Shown here: positions 51,001 to 62,305 of the stretch, piece after piece | Numbering within the stretch: the stretch's first letter is position 1 | Layout of the letters: every line of letters begins with the position of its first letter | Source: Fimbriosthenelais zetlandica | Lineage: Eukaryota | Direction: 5' to 3' | Length of the DNA stretch: 64,000 bases | Assembly (NCBI GenBank): GCA_977030845.1 | Contig: OZ365118.1 | Span: 22,382,001-22,446,000, forward strand | Position numbers and translations under genes: made by a program | Notes under the pieces: model-generated | What the model saw: only the letters and a program-made list of their open reading frames with translations | Database searches by the model: none | Told to the model about the DNA's origin: nothing

Positions 51001-53128
51001 GTTGATATCCAGTGTCCTATCATTGATTTTCAGTTGATATCCAGTGTTCTATCATTGATTTTCAGTTGATATCCAGTGTCCTATCATTGATTTTCAGTTG
51101 ATATCCAGTGTTCTATCATTGATTTTCAGTTGATATCCAGTGTTCTATCATTGATTTTCAGTTGATATCCAGTGTTCTATCATTGATTTTCAGTTGATAT
51201 CCAGTGTCCTAAATGCCCGCGTGAGTTCCCGTCTCAGAGCGCGCTCAACCACCACATGCGCGGCCACGGCAGCGACACGCCATTCCTGTGTGACGTCTGC
51301 GGATTCACCACCAAACACTTTGCTTCCATGAACATTCATAAGCGAAGACACAACGGTGCGTCATTTATTCATTCATTTATTCATTCATTCATTCATTCAT
51401 TCATTCATTCATTCATTCATTCATTCACCCATCCATTCATTCATTCATTCTCTAACTCTCAGGCCTCCGGTCTTTGGGTAGCCAAAATCAATATTTCTCA
51501 GGCTTTTTAGAGTCAAACATTTAGGCAAAATAGAGCCCTGTTCAGGTGACATTTCCATTGTTTCTGGTGAAGTAAACTGTCCAGTTTAAAGTGTGCCCCT
51601 CTCCTCCAGGTAACATGTATAATGTATTATATTCCAGGTAAGATGTTGAAGTGTACCTTTGAGGGTTGTACGTACGAGTCGACGCGAACCGTGCGCCTGC
51701 GCGACCACATGAACATGCACCTGGGTGTGAGGAACTATGTGTGCCCGGTGTGTGGCAAGGCGTTCGGCTCTAGGAAACACTTATCACGCCACGAAAACAT
51801 CCACAAAAGCGAGAAAGATGTCAATTGTGAGATATAGGCTCACGACTCTATCTCTAACTAGATGTTTATATAACCAGACACGATGTAGACTAGCCATGTC
51901 TGAGTTACTGGTGCTACTTAATGTTAATTAATGTGTGGATTCTATACATTAATCTACATAGTATTACATAATCCGGGTGATAACTAGAATCCACTCTACC
52001 TGGTGATTAAGATTAGTGATTAGGACCCAGTATTGAGCCTAGAGTAAGCCTACAGTAAGCCTACAGCATGCCTGTATGAGAGCCGTCTATATGTAGATTA
52101 TTAACCCCGTGTTTTGTCTGTTATTAGGTAAGAAGTTAAAGTGTCCGCATGAAGGATGCGCGTACGAGGCGGTGCGTCATACGCGTCTACGCGACCACAT
52201 GAACATGCACCTGGGTCTGAAGAACTACATCTGTACCGTGTGTGGGAAGGCGTTCGGTGCGAGGAAACATCTCTTTAGACATGAAAACATCCACAAAACT
52301 GAGAAAATACTCAACTGTGAATACTGTACCTACACGTGAGTGTTCACATCAATATTATAGACATTAATGATAATCAATATTACACTCATTAATAATAATC
52401 AATATTACACTCATTAATAATAATCAATATTACACTCATTAATAATAATCAATATTACTCTCATTAATAATAATCAATATTATGAATACCTCATAGTTGT
52501 CTCACATTTGCTCTATGTTTTCTAATTCAGCACCTCTTGTTGTAGTTTTATAAACCTGTATTATTTTCTACTTCAGCACCCCTTGTTTTAGTTTTATAAA
52601 CCTGTAATATTTTCTAATTACAGCACGTCTCGCAGGGACCGTATACGGCAGCACATTAAGCGCCACCACCCGGACATGGCCGTCCTGCTGGGTTACATTA
52701 ACGAACACGAGGCTGCGGTACAGATGCAGAAGAACACCATGACGACCCTGAAGGCCGCGCAGGCCGGCCCCGGTAACAAAAAATCACACAAGAAGAAGAA
52801 GGTGAAGGAAGAGGAGGAAGGAGAGAAGGCAGCGGAGAGCGTGATGAACATGGAGGTGGGGGGAGTAGGCAGGGAGATTATAATCCCCCAGTTACCCTCC
52901 ATACCCCCACAAGCTGCCCCTCACCTCGTCACCCCCCATATAGTCACCCCCATCATCCACACCACGGAGCCGCCCCCCGACACGACCAAGTCAGACCTCA
53001 AACAGACGGTGACCGTCACCCATAACGCCGCCAGCACCATAGTGGACATGATTCACTACTTCATGGCTCCAGATGGCGCCACCACCGAGCAACATCAAAC
53101 CTGGAATTACCATAGCAACCCATTGTGA
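48015..53128 (+). CDS. BTB-BACK / AT-hook / C2H2 zinc-finger protein
   Basis: Exons 48015-50142, 50361-50531, 51194-51355, 51638-51826 (use uncertain), 52128-52335, 52624-53128. BTB FCDVLIRTSNKQIWAHKCVLSAVSPYF; BACK-like NWSSCYQIAKKYTLCEL...QFLKLD...ELSMFKYISYWLSHD; AT-hook-like KRGRGRPRK and RRGRPPGRK; up to ~9 C2H2 fingers. Confidence 0.85.
48435..48760 (+). repeat. 21-bp coding repeat (PGETPIE-like)
   Basis: cagcctggagagacaccc units in the acidic N-terminus. Confidence 0.9.
50671..51207 (+). repeat. 32-bp minisatellite x17 containing a splice acceptor plus exon start
   Basis: ttctatcattgattttcag|ttgatatccagtg; acceptor G from 50681 to 51193 in 32-nt steps. Confidence 0.95.
51361..51450. 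repeat. (TTCA)n microsatellite
   Basis: Directly visible, just after the donor at 51356. Confidence 0.95.
52370..52485. repeat. 25-bp intronic minisatellite (aatattacactcattaataataatc) x4
   Basis: Directly visible. Confidence 0.9.
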
Positions 53129-54840
53129 GCATCACAATGCTTACATGGACACACGGTACAGGAATAGCACCCTGCGCTTACACTGCGCATGCTAGGTTGC
53201 TGTAGTAAAGCTTGGTTGCCATGGACACATGTGAATTAATGAGGTTGTGGGTGTGGATGTGGGTGTGACACTCAGCCGTTGTTGGCCATGTCAAACATTC
53301 AGTTATCAGTCTATGTCTTTATTGTTGACTTTGGGTTTGTAATATCTAGTGTGAACTTCTCATAATGAGGAGTATCTTATATAGAGGTAATGCTGTACAC
53401 AATTCTTTTACCACTATTCTCCTTATATCATTATTGTCAGATGTCTGAGTGTTCGATAATCATGTTTTACAAATTAAAATGCCAGTAATGTATAAATAGA
53501 GAACTACTTGAATGAGTGTTTTACATTATAATTATACAGCCCCCAATATTTATAGAGGATGCAGGTTTTTAAACTGTTAGTGAACTTCCCAACATTTTGA
53601 AAAGTGAAAAATCTGGGATGAGTAAGATAATGATGACTATTACAGCTACTGTAAGCCTATGTCCAGTCATGCTGGAAGTTATGCTTTAATATCAACATTG
53701 ACCATGTATTGTATATATGTAGTCTATATATACCATGTTTATATAGGATTATATTTTATATTACCAGCGCCTTGTTTAATATTAATTAGTAATTAATATT
53801 CTAAATCAAACCCGTACCAATCTAGACAAGATTAGAAGGAGCATCAATTAATGTGAAATATGACCATTAATAACACTTTAAGATTGTTTCACAATTACCT
53901 CCCATTTGTTTGGAAGGCCCTTGGAAAAAAATTGTCAATATACATTAATAACGTCTTATTAGTATTCATCTTCCAATGTTTAAGTTAAACTTGTAAACAT
54001 GACGTCTGGATTGACAGAGTTCCTGCTAACTTATTAAACGCGCTGTTAACGGATCTACTGATGGGGCTGTGGGTTTGATCGTCAACCGTCCTGCCTTGTC
54101 AATTATAAATGTAATAGTTGAATCAAGGACTGGTATATTTGTATATATGACATTTCTCAGTCCGCGTCGAGGACCTATATCTACTGCTCTAATGTACATG
54201 GATATTTATCACAATAAACCAACCCTAGAGTTTTTAAACCAACAAAAGTTGTCCTCTCCTTTTTGTAGAACCATCTATTTTCGCGGAATTGCCCCCCAAA
54301 AATCCTTAAATTGAATGGAATTCATGGGGTTGTTTTTAGGTAGTGGGTCGATTTAAGGCATGTAATTGCGCCTATGTACGGTAGGCCTACCCGGTACCTA
54401 AATAGTGTGGCTGATCATTGCACCATCAGATTCCACATTTAGAATAATTTATACAAGAGAATGTTATGAAAAAAATGTAAGAAAATCATTCCCAACTTTC
54501 AAATGCTTAGGCCTACCTGGGGAGCAATATCTTATCTAATATAGGCCTACACACATATCTGATACCCTATTAGATTAGGCCGGGACTTGGGGCTGTTGAG
54601 GCGGTGGGACATCGCTGTCTGCCTCCCGGGTAACACAACAAGGGCTTCTCATTAAAAAGTCCGGCTCTATTTCAACAACCATTGATAATTAAACATCAGT
54701 ACAGAGGACAATCTACTTATCCTGATGGCTGAATAGTGTTGTCATGCTAATTAAGAGCCAATTTTCATCTTTTTTCACAGTCGACAAGCAAGATTTGGAT
54801 CTTTCTCACGCCGACCGGAAGTGCAGGGCGTCTGCCAGAC

Positions 54841-55200
54841 CGAGGCTGTGTAAGGCCACTTAGTAGTTTTACATTCACAAAAAACTTATTTCTTATTACA
54901 CGTCTTTCCATCAATATTATGCTATAAATCGCTTGTTAAAACTCAGTGTATTTGATTCATTAAGAAACAGTCGTCTATTACGTTGATTTTTCTACCGCTT
55001 CATTGTTGTTAATGTGCTAACGGGGCTGTAAGGCCACCTAGTAGTTCGTACATTCACAACAAGCGACTTTCTTATTATACGTCTTTCCACCAACATTATG
55101 CTATGAATCGCTTGTTAAAATTCAGTGTATTTGATTCATTAAGAAATATTCGTCTATTACGTTGATTTTTCTATTGTTTCATTGTGGTTAATGTGCTATG
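54841..55200. repeat. Diverged ~180-bp tandem duplication
   Basis: gctgtgtaaggccacttagtag...ttaatgtgcta (54841-55020) and gctgtaaggccacctagtag...ttaatgtgcta (55021-55200). Confidence 0.85.
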
Positions 55201-55482
55201 AGGTCGCGATGCCGGAAGCGGAAGTGGAAGTCAAAACGCATGCGCTGTGAGTCCAAGACGGCCGACATGGCCGCCCTCAGCGCATTTACCATTTCAGCAG
55301 TTGAAAAAACATGAATTACATCACTCTGAGGAATTGTCAAGATCCCCAAAACAAAAGAAAGATGTATGACTATATGACCGTGTGTTTTGAGGGGTTGAAA
55401 CTACATGTCATTCCTTTTTTTGTCCAATAACAGCATAAAAACATGGGCGGGAATGGATCCTCGCCAGTTCCCTAGGCTTACA

Positions 55483-56622
55483 TTAATCATCAGCTGTGAC
55501 AGCGGGGTTCACTACTCCACCTTCCTCCGTCTCATCCCCTATTGGTCTCAGACCTAGGTTTATAACAGGCTCCTGTCTATAGGACAGGCATCTATCCCTC
55601 ACCTGTCCACACTCTGTCAACACCTCCCTCAGCTCCTGTCTGTAGAGAGCACCACTGAAGCAGTAGAGTATGGGGTTGACACTATGAGTCAGGTTAGACA
55701 CACACACTAGTAAGACATCTGTCAGTTCAGTGTGGGTCGTGAACAGTCCCTGGGTCTTCATGAACAGGACGAATTCAAACGGCAGCCGCAGGATGAAGAA
55801 GGTGGCTATATTAATGATCAGGAGGCGAGTGATATGGGAGGTCACCCCTCGTGACAGTGACTGAACGGTCACGACTTGAGGTGACCGCTGGCTGACCAGT
55901 GACTGACCAGTCACGGCTGGAGGTGGACGCTGGCTGACCAGTGACTGAACGGTTACGACTTGAGGTGACCGCCGGCTGGACCGTGACTGACCAGTCACGG
56001 CTGGAGGTGACCGCTGGCTGACCAGTGACTGACCAGTCAGGGCCGATGACCGCCATCTGGACCGTAACCGCCGCCACCTGGTCACATGACGTACCAGGAT
56101 GAGGGTAGAGATGAGGAGGATGGTGCCTGGGAGGAGAGTGGACATTGTGAGTGATAGAACAGACACTGACTGATTAAACCCACCCCTCACACCTACATAC
56201 TGCCTGACGAGGATGATCGCAGTGACGAGGCTGTACATGACGATATGGATGACGAGACACACCAGCCAGGCCATCCTCCTACTACAGATATCACGCTGAC
56301 GACCCACTGATAGCGTCACGATGAGAGCTCTCTCTACAGCTACTGAGCTGAGAATCCATGAGCTGATGAGAGGCAGACCCAGCTGGATGGTCTGAATGAC
56401 CCCCCGGTCATCCAGGCTGTCAGGTATGACTGTCAGTAGGTAGAGCAGGAACGCTGACAGCAGCACCTGGAGGTCAGTGACAGCGAGCATGGTCAGGTAC
56501 ACAGGGCTGGTCCGTGATCTCAATCTACGTCTGTTCATAACGACCAGGACAAGGCCATTACCTACACAACCAAACAGGACGATGACAGGGGTGAGGTGGT
56601 AGAGGGGTGGAGGCTGACCCAT
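55483..56622 (-). CDS. Intronless class A (rhodopsin-like) GPCR, orphan peptide/chemoreceptor type
   Basis: Seven hydrophobic segments, GNGLV, LAVTD, VERA (DRY-equivalent), NPILY; 14-aa repeats in ICL3. Confidence 0.88.
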   Translation of the reverse strand: MGQPPPLYHLTPVIVLFGCVGNGLVLVVMNRRRLRSRTSPVYLTMLAVTDLQVLLSAFLLYLLTVIPDSLDDRGVIQTIQLGLPLISSWILSSVAVERALIVTLSVGRQRDICSRRMAWLVCLVIHIVMYSLVTAIILVRQYVGVRGGFNQSVSVLSLTMSTLLPGTILLISTLILVRHVTRWRRLRSRWRSSALTGQSLVSQRSPPAVTGQSRSSRRSPQVVTVQSLVSQRPPPAVTGQSLVSQRSPQVVTVQSLSRGVTSHITRLLIINIATFFILRLPFEFVLFMKTQGLFTTHTELTDVLLVCVSNLTHSVNPILYCFSGALYRQELREVLTECGQVRDRCLSYRQEPVINLGLRPIGDETEEGGVVNPAVTADD

Positions 56623-57242
56623 CAGTGATCAATACCACACTATCTGGTAGTGACAAATAGGGGGTTATTCTGGCTAAAGTATAATCCAGGGTATCATCCT
56701 GGGTAAAGCATTGCTGTCCTGGGTCATTGCTGTCCATTAGTGTCTCATTCTGGGTAATCAACAATATGAAGTCTCCCTGTAATACAGTAGCCTTCATACA
56801 CAAGTTCAAGCGCAGGAGAAGTGTGTGAGAATGTTCATGAGAATGAAAGTACACATTAACATAAAAGACTGAGACGACACATTAATAATCTGTAATCTCA
56901 TCAAGGCTCGTGGATCAACAGGTGTTATCTGGTCCAATAAAAGGGTACCAGCATAACCCACGATAATCCTGAACCAGAGATGATTAATCGCCATGAGAAT
57001 ACTTATAGATTTAGTCAGAAGTTGCTCCAACATGTTGATTCTCTTTTTATCAGTGACGGCTAAACTTCAGCAAGTCTTATTTGATCTTAATTTAGTCAAA
57101 AGTTGATCAATTTGAGTCCATTCCCCCGTTGACTGAGGAATCAGAAAGGAGGAGGGCGATAGCAGGAGGTCGGGTTAGTCTGGTTATAGGGATGAACGCT
57201 CGTCAGATGTTTAGTCAGTGAGGGCCTGTTACAGGTGTTTAG

Positions 57243-58262
57243 TCAGTGAGGGCCTGTTAAGGCTGTTTTATAGTGAGGGCCTGTTAATGCTGTTTTGTTA
57301 GGAGCTGTTTTATAAGGAGTAGCTCTTTTTATGCTCATTTTTCTCGTACTTTTCGCCGCCTTACATCCACACATCACCCTGTACATGGCCTGTCTGTATA
57401 AACTCCCACTAAACACGTACAACACGGGGTTTAACGCGTGATTCAGCGCGGCTAAACACAAAAACACCGGCCGAGATGAGTCAGTGACGAAATAATGCGA
57501 AATACGGAGAGGAAACGTGAGCAAGAAGAACATGACAATGTTAATGATCACTATCCTATACACGCACGAGTAGGATCTACTGCTGGCAGTTTGTCTGCCT
57601 AGTCTCCGTCTTCTGCTGAATAACTTGTAGATTAGTAATAATCCACACGTGAAGATAATCACCCCGGGCAGCAGGGTGGACATAACTAAATGAAAAGTGT
57701 GAAAAAACCTGATGTAGTGATTCTTGATGAAGCAGTATTCCTGCTGCATGATGAGACAAGCTGATGTGATGTAAGATGTGTAGACAATGACATGGATCAC
57801 CAGGTGGGTGATCCATGCCTTACACCTGGTCACCACACGTTTAGTCCACCCTATACTACACGAGGCCAGGATGGCTCGCTCCATGGCTACCACAGCCAGC
57901 ACCCAGGAGCTGATGACAGTAAAGATGAGCTGCATGGTGAGCATGGCCTGACACACCTCCCGCCTGTACCCTATACCATACTGTACCGCCAGGTACTGGG
58001 TGAGGTTCAGTATTAATATAATACCATCTGTGTAGGCCAGTATAGGGAAGTGAACTGATGCATTCAAGGCTTTAAACTGCTTACTGAGCATGACGATGGT
58101 TACCATGATGTTACCAGCAACACCCAGGAGGCAGATGATGGGCAGACTGACCATATAGTAGAGGGGGTCAGAGGGCTGGGCAGTGGCCGGAGTGACCGCA
58201 GTGAAGGCAGTGGCCGCAGTGGCCGCAGCCAGAGTGACCGCACTGACCGCAGGAATGTCCAT
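57243..58262 (-). CDS. Intronless class A GPCR, paralog of 55483-56622
   Basis: GNIMV, LAYTD, MERA, LLPG, NPVLY; the ATG is at 58262 (the ORF track starts at an upstream TTG). Confidence 0.9.
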   Translation of the reverse strand: MDIPAVSAVTLAAATAATAFTAVTPATAQPSDPLYYMVSLPIICLLGVAGNIMVTIVMLSKQFKALNASVHFPILAYTDGIILILNLTQYLAVQYGIGYRREVCQAMLTMQLIFTVISSWVLAVVAMERAILASCSIGWTKRVVTRCKAWITHLVIHVIVYTSYITSACLIMQQEYCFIKNHYIRFFHTFHLVMSTLLPGVIIFTCGLLLIYKLFSRRRRLGRQTASSRSYSCVYRIVIINIVMFFLLTFPLRISHYFVTDSSRPVFLCLAALNHALNPVLYVFSGSLYRQAMYRVMCGCKAAKSTRKMSIKRATPYKTAPNKTALTGPHYKTALTGPH

Positions 58263-60341
58263 GTTCACTCTATCCTTCTTTAGATCCAAAAACAATGAGC
58301 TGAAGGACAGAGGAGGAGGGAGGGGGGAGGGGGGGCAGGGACCTAATGGGGGCTAACATGTATAGGAAGCGGTAACCAACTATAACCTCCACAGTGAAGG
58401 CAGTAACGTATACTGGGGATCTATACACTATGGTGTCATTAAAGGCTGTCTACTAATGAGTACTATCAGGCTTTGAGGCATTCATCCTAAGATTACTAAT
58501 TACTAATAGTCATAATCAACAAGATGGGGACATAGATGCATATCACCTGCCATAGATGAGAGCATATTCAGTTTGTCATTATGTCACCCTTATAATAAAT
58601 TGTGTTATATGTTGGTTCTCCCACATTAGGTTGTTACAATAATTAGATTACAAGAGATAGTGTAAAGAGAATGCATCGTTTAATATCCGAGAGTGTACCC
58701 TGTACATAACCTAAATGCACTAAAATATAAATATCTATTTCTCAGTGAAAAGCGAATTTTATGTTTATGTCTATTTCTAAGCGACTTCATACATCAAAGA
58801 TTGTTATTTATTTTAATGTTTATGCTTACTGCTTTAGCAATCACGTTGTGCAGTCAGGTTTAAACTTGTTCTAAATATTAAATATACATATTTAGCATGT
58901 ACCCTGGTCACTGTAGCATGACGGAGGCACATAACACAGGCACTCGGGGACACTCCCCTCTCACTGTATGTGCCTTATTCCGTCCTCTTCTTCCCAAGAC
59001 ATTCTTTACTATATTTGTGGATTTGTCTAATTCTGGGTCGTGAAGGGGTTTGATTTGAAAACCCATTCATCCACCTGTGAATCCCTACTAAACTATATGG
59101 ATATCTGTCCTGTAGGTTTTACTGTAGCTACACAGTTCAAGAGATGGGGTAAGCCCCCCATACCCCTCACCACAGAGAGAGGTAGAGGGTGTGACGGTAG
59201 TGTGTGTATAAGGTGCACACCTGGCATATAGACCAGCTATATATCACTGCTTCCTCCTCATCAGCTAAATCCACCATCAAACCATCCACCAGGCATCAAA
59301 CCATCACAGGGCATCTCTATATCTAACGTTACTTCATTCCCATGTACTAAGTGCATCTACTGGGGGTAATATTGTTGGACTTTTAGGAATATTTTTTTTT
59401 CAGAGGAGGATCCCTAAACCTTGAATATATTGTGTTGGAATGTGAGACTCATACAGACCCGGGTGGCCCTGTACTACATCTTACCCCTGGATATCAAGAC
59501 ATGACTTAATATATTGACGGGTAGGGATCCAGAAACTTATTGTAATAAATTAAATCTGACATATTTTAGGAGTATTCAAATTTCAAGATTCAAATAGAAA
59601 TTTCAGACATCAAAACGCAGATAGCAGAGTCTGATGCTTCATTAATATTTTTGGATTCATCCCGATTTAAGTTATAGTTTTTATAATATGTTACCACCTA
59701 CAGGTCTGTGTTAGATTTATGATGATAAAAGGCATGATTCATGAGCTAGTTAGACTATCACGCCGCCATGCACCACAGACCTGGTCTACAGGCACCTGGT
59801 CTTGTAGGCCAAGTTAGATCATGGCCCATTAATTGGCCTCCACCTTCCGTGTGTTATCTACATGAAGACTTTCATGGACTGAGTTTCTACACACCTCTAC
59901 ACGCCTATTATAAACCATCATTGATGGACTGGCAGAGTGTAGGTGTGACTCATATAGGTGTGACTCTATACAGGTGTCACTAATAATTAACTTATTATTA
60001 AAGATAGCAGGCAATGCATGGACATGTACATCAACACTCATACCCTACAAACACCTGATGTCAACCCAGGTTATTAAGGACTAGGATCATGTTTACTTCC
60101 TGTATTATATTGACACAGGACCAGGAGGAATGTTTGGTTTTCTAGTCTAATATTGGTTTACATCTGATTATAGGTAGATGACTAGAGGTAGGGGGGAGAT
60201 ATAGAGGAGGAGGAACAAGGAGGAAGCATGCCTGACGGTAAACAATCATCATAATATTACAAGATCAAACTTCATACAAATCTCTCCTACAAGCTACTTC
60301 ACATTTATCACGGATATAAGTTATTTACATTCTGTTTTCAG

Positions 60342-61409
60342 ATGGAGGAGGGGATGGAGGAGGAGATGGAGGAGGAACAAAAGATGGAAGTGGAGGAACA
60401 AAAGATGGAAGTGGAGGAACAAAAGATGGAAGTGGAGGAACAAAGGATGGAGGAATGAAGGACGGGGGTTCAGGGGGGTTACCTCCTCCAAGAGGTATGT
60501 AACATTTATACATGTATTCCTTAAAGTTAAATTAAGTGTACCATATACTAGCATCAACACTATTTAAATTAAGTCTACCACATTCAATGCATTAGTTTAA
60601 CACTATTCTTGACCACAGTATGAGCCTCAGCTTCTATCATCAACATTTCATGTTTTTCATTATTTTTGTTTTCAGGCCCGTTCCCGGTTTACGCCATTGT
60701 GCTCATTGTACTCCTGGTTGTGCTCATTATCGCGGTCATTGTGGGTGTGTACATACTTTATAAACGGCGACAAAACAAACGCAACAGTCCCAAGATGATC
60801 AAAAAGAAAACCAAACCCAAAAACAAGAAAACGGTGAAAACTAAACTAAACGAGGCTCAAACTGAGACCAATAAATACGGCGCTTCACCAAACGAGGCGA
60901 AAAACACGGAGAAAAGCGCGAAGAAAGGTGCGACTCACACACCAGACACGGCGAGGAAAGGTGCGACCCACACACCAGATACGGCGAGGAAACACGCGGA
61001 ACCGCTGTCAGCCGTGGTGAAAGACTGCGAACAGAGCGTGAGACGGTCACAAGACCTGACAGAGACGAGCGGGGGTGGCGAGGGTAAAACAAAGGTCATA
61101 CAAGGTCAAAACACGACCAGACAAGGTCAAATAATTGACGGTGAAGGTCAAAAGACAGAGAAAGGCCGCATACCGACATATAAAAGTCATATTACTAACA
61201 TAGACGAGGGTCAAGGTGGGTCAGTCATAGATGACGGATATATAGACATGGCCGAGACGTCACCTGGTGTGACGTCACCAGGAGGTGTGACGTCATCCTC
61301 AGATTACTACATGACGCCAGTGACGTCACCAGATGAGGAGGGGGAGTATCAGGAACTGGACGTCAATAACATGGACAAACATGAATATGATTACCTCCAG
61401 CCTCAATAA
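60342..61409 (+). CDS. 3' part of a type I single-pass receptor (Gly-rich stalk, TM, Tyr-motif tail); 5' exons unresolved
   Basis: Exon 60342-60494 (GGTKDGS repeats, phase 1-1) and exon 60676-61409 (TM YAIVLIVLLVVLIIAVIVGVYILY then KRRQNKR). Confidence 0.75.
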
Positions 61410-61680
61410 AGACAAGTTATATATAATAATGACATCACCATTATATACAGCCTCAATAAAGCAAAGTCATATACAAAAATGACATCACCATTATACAGCC
61501 TCAATAAAGCAAAGTCATATACAATAATGACATCACCATTATATAGCCTCAATAAAACAAGGCTATATAATAATGACATCACCATTATATAGCCTCAATA
61601 ATACAAGGCTACACTATGACATCCCCATTATACAGCCTCAATAATACAAGGCTACACAATAATGACATCACCATTATATC
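61398..61680 (+). repeat. ~47-51-bp tandem repeat x6 starting at the stop codon (cagcctcaataa...atgacatcaccattata)
   Basis: Directly visible. Confidence 0.85.
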
Positions 61681-62305
61681 ATATAGAGCACCTATCACAG
61701 TGAGGGACATGGCAGCACATCCTAATAATTAACCCCGAGTACACAAATTTCAAGAGAACAAAAAGGTTGACAAACTTATAAGTAAGACCTTCCATTCGTG
61801 ATCAGAAATTTATTTGGGTAACAACAATAATTCATCAAGCTCGAGATTTATGTTTAAATAAATATAGAAATTATGATCCACATTCATGTGTCAGTCTCGG
61901 ACTGCTGGGAGATTTGTAAAACCATGTGTATATATAATAATATAGTTGTAAAATATGTGTCTTTTTGTGCAGAATAAATAAATAATTAAATAAATATTAC
62001 TTGTCAAATCATAAACCCATGATTTAGTTAGTAGTTTATGTTGGATTTTTTGAAGTATATTAATATTGCCCTCAGTTATAACCTCCAAATCACACTGACA
62101 AAAAGTCCACACCATCACACCATCCCACCCTCACCTCACAAATAAGTTACTGAGAACATTAAAAATAAAGTCTTAGTGCTGAGTGAAGTCTTGTGATATT
62201 GTGAGGTAGTCATAACCTAGCTCGACTAGTCTGTAGTCTAGAATAATGTCTGTAGTCTAGAATAATGTCTGTAGTCTAATATAATATCTGTAATCTATAA
62301 TATTG

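Noticed and set aside
53130-54050. AT-rich stretch after the BTB-ZF stop
   Set aside because: Ordinary 3' UTR or intergenic sequence; nothing structured seen.
56806-57033. Hydrophobic 75-aa ORF between the GPCRs as a third receptor fragment
   Set aside because: No recognisable class A motifs.
59040-60240. Ectodomain exons for the type I receptor
   Set aside because: Candidate segments (59768-59940, 60192-60237) lack convincing acceptors or domain signatures.
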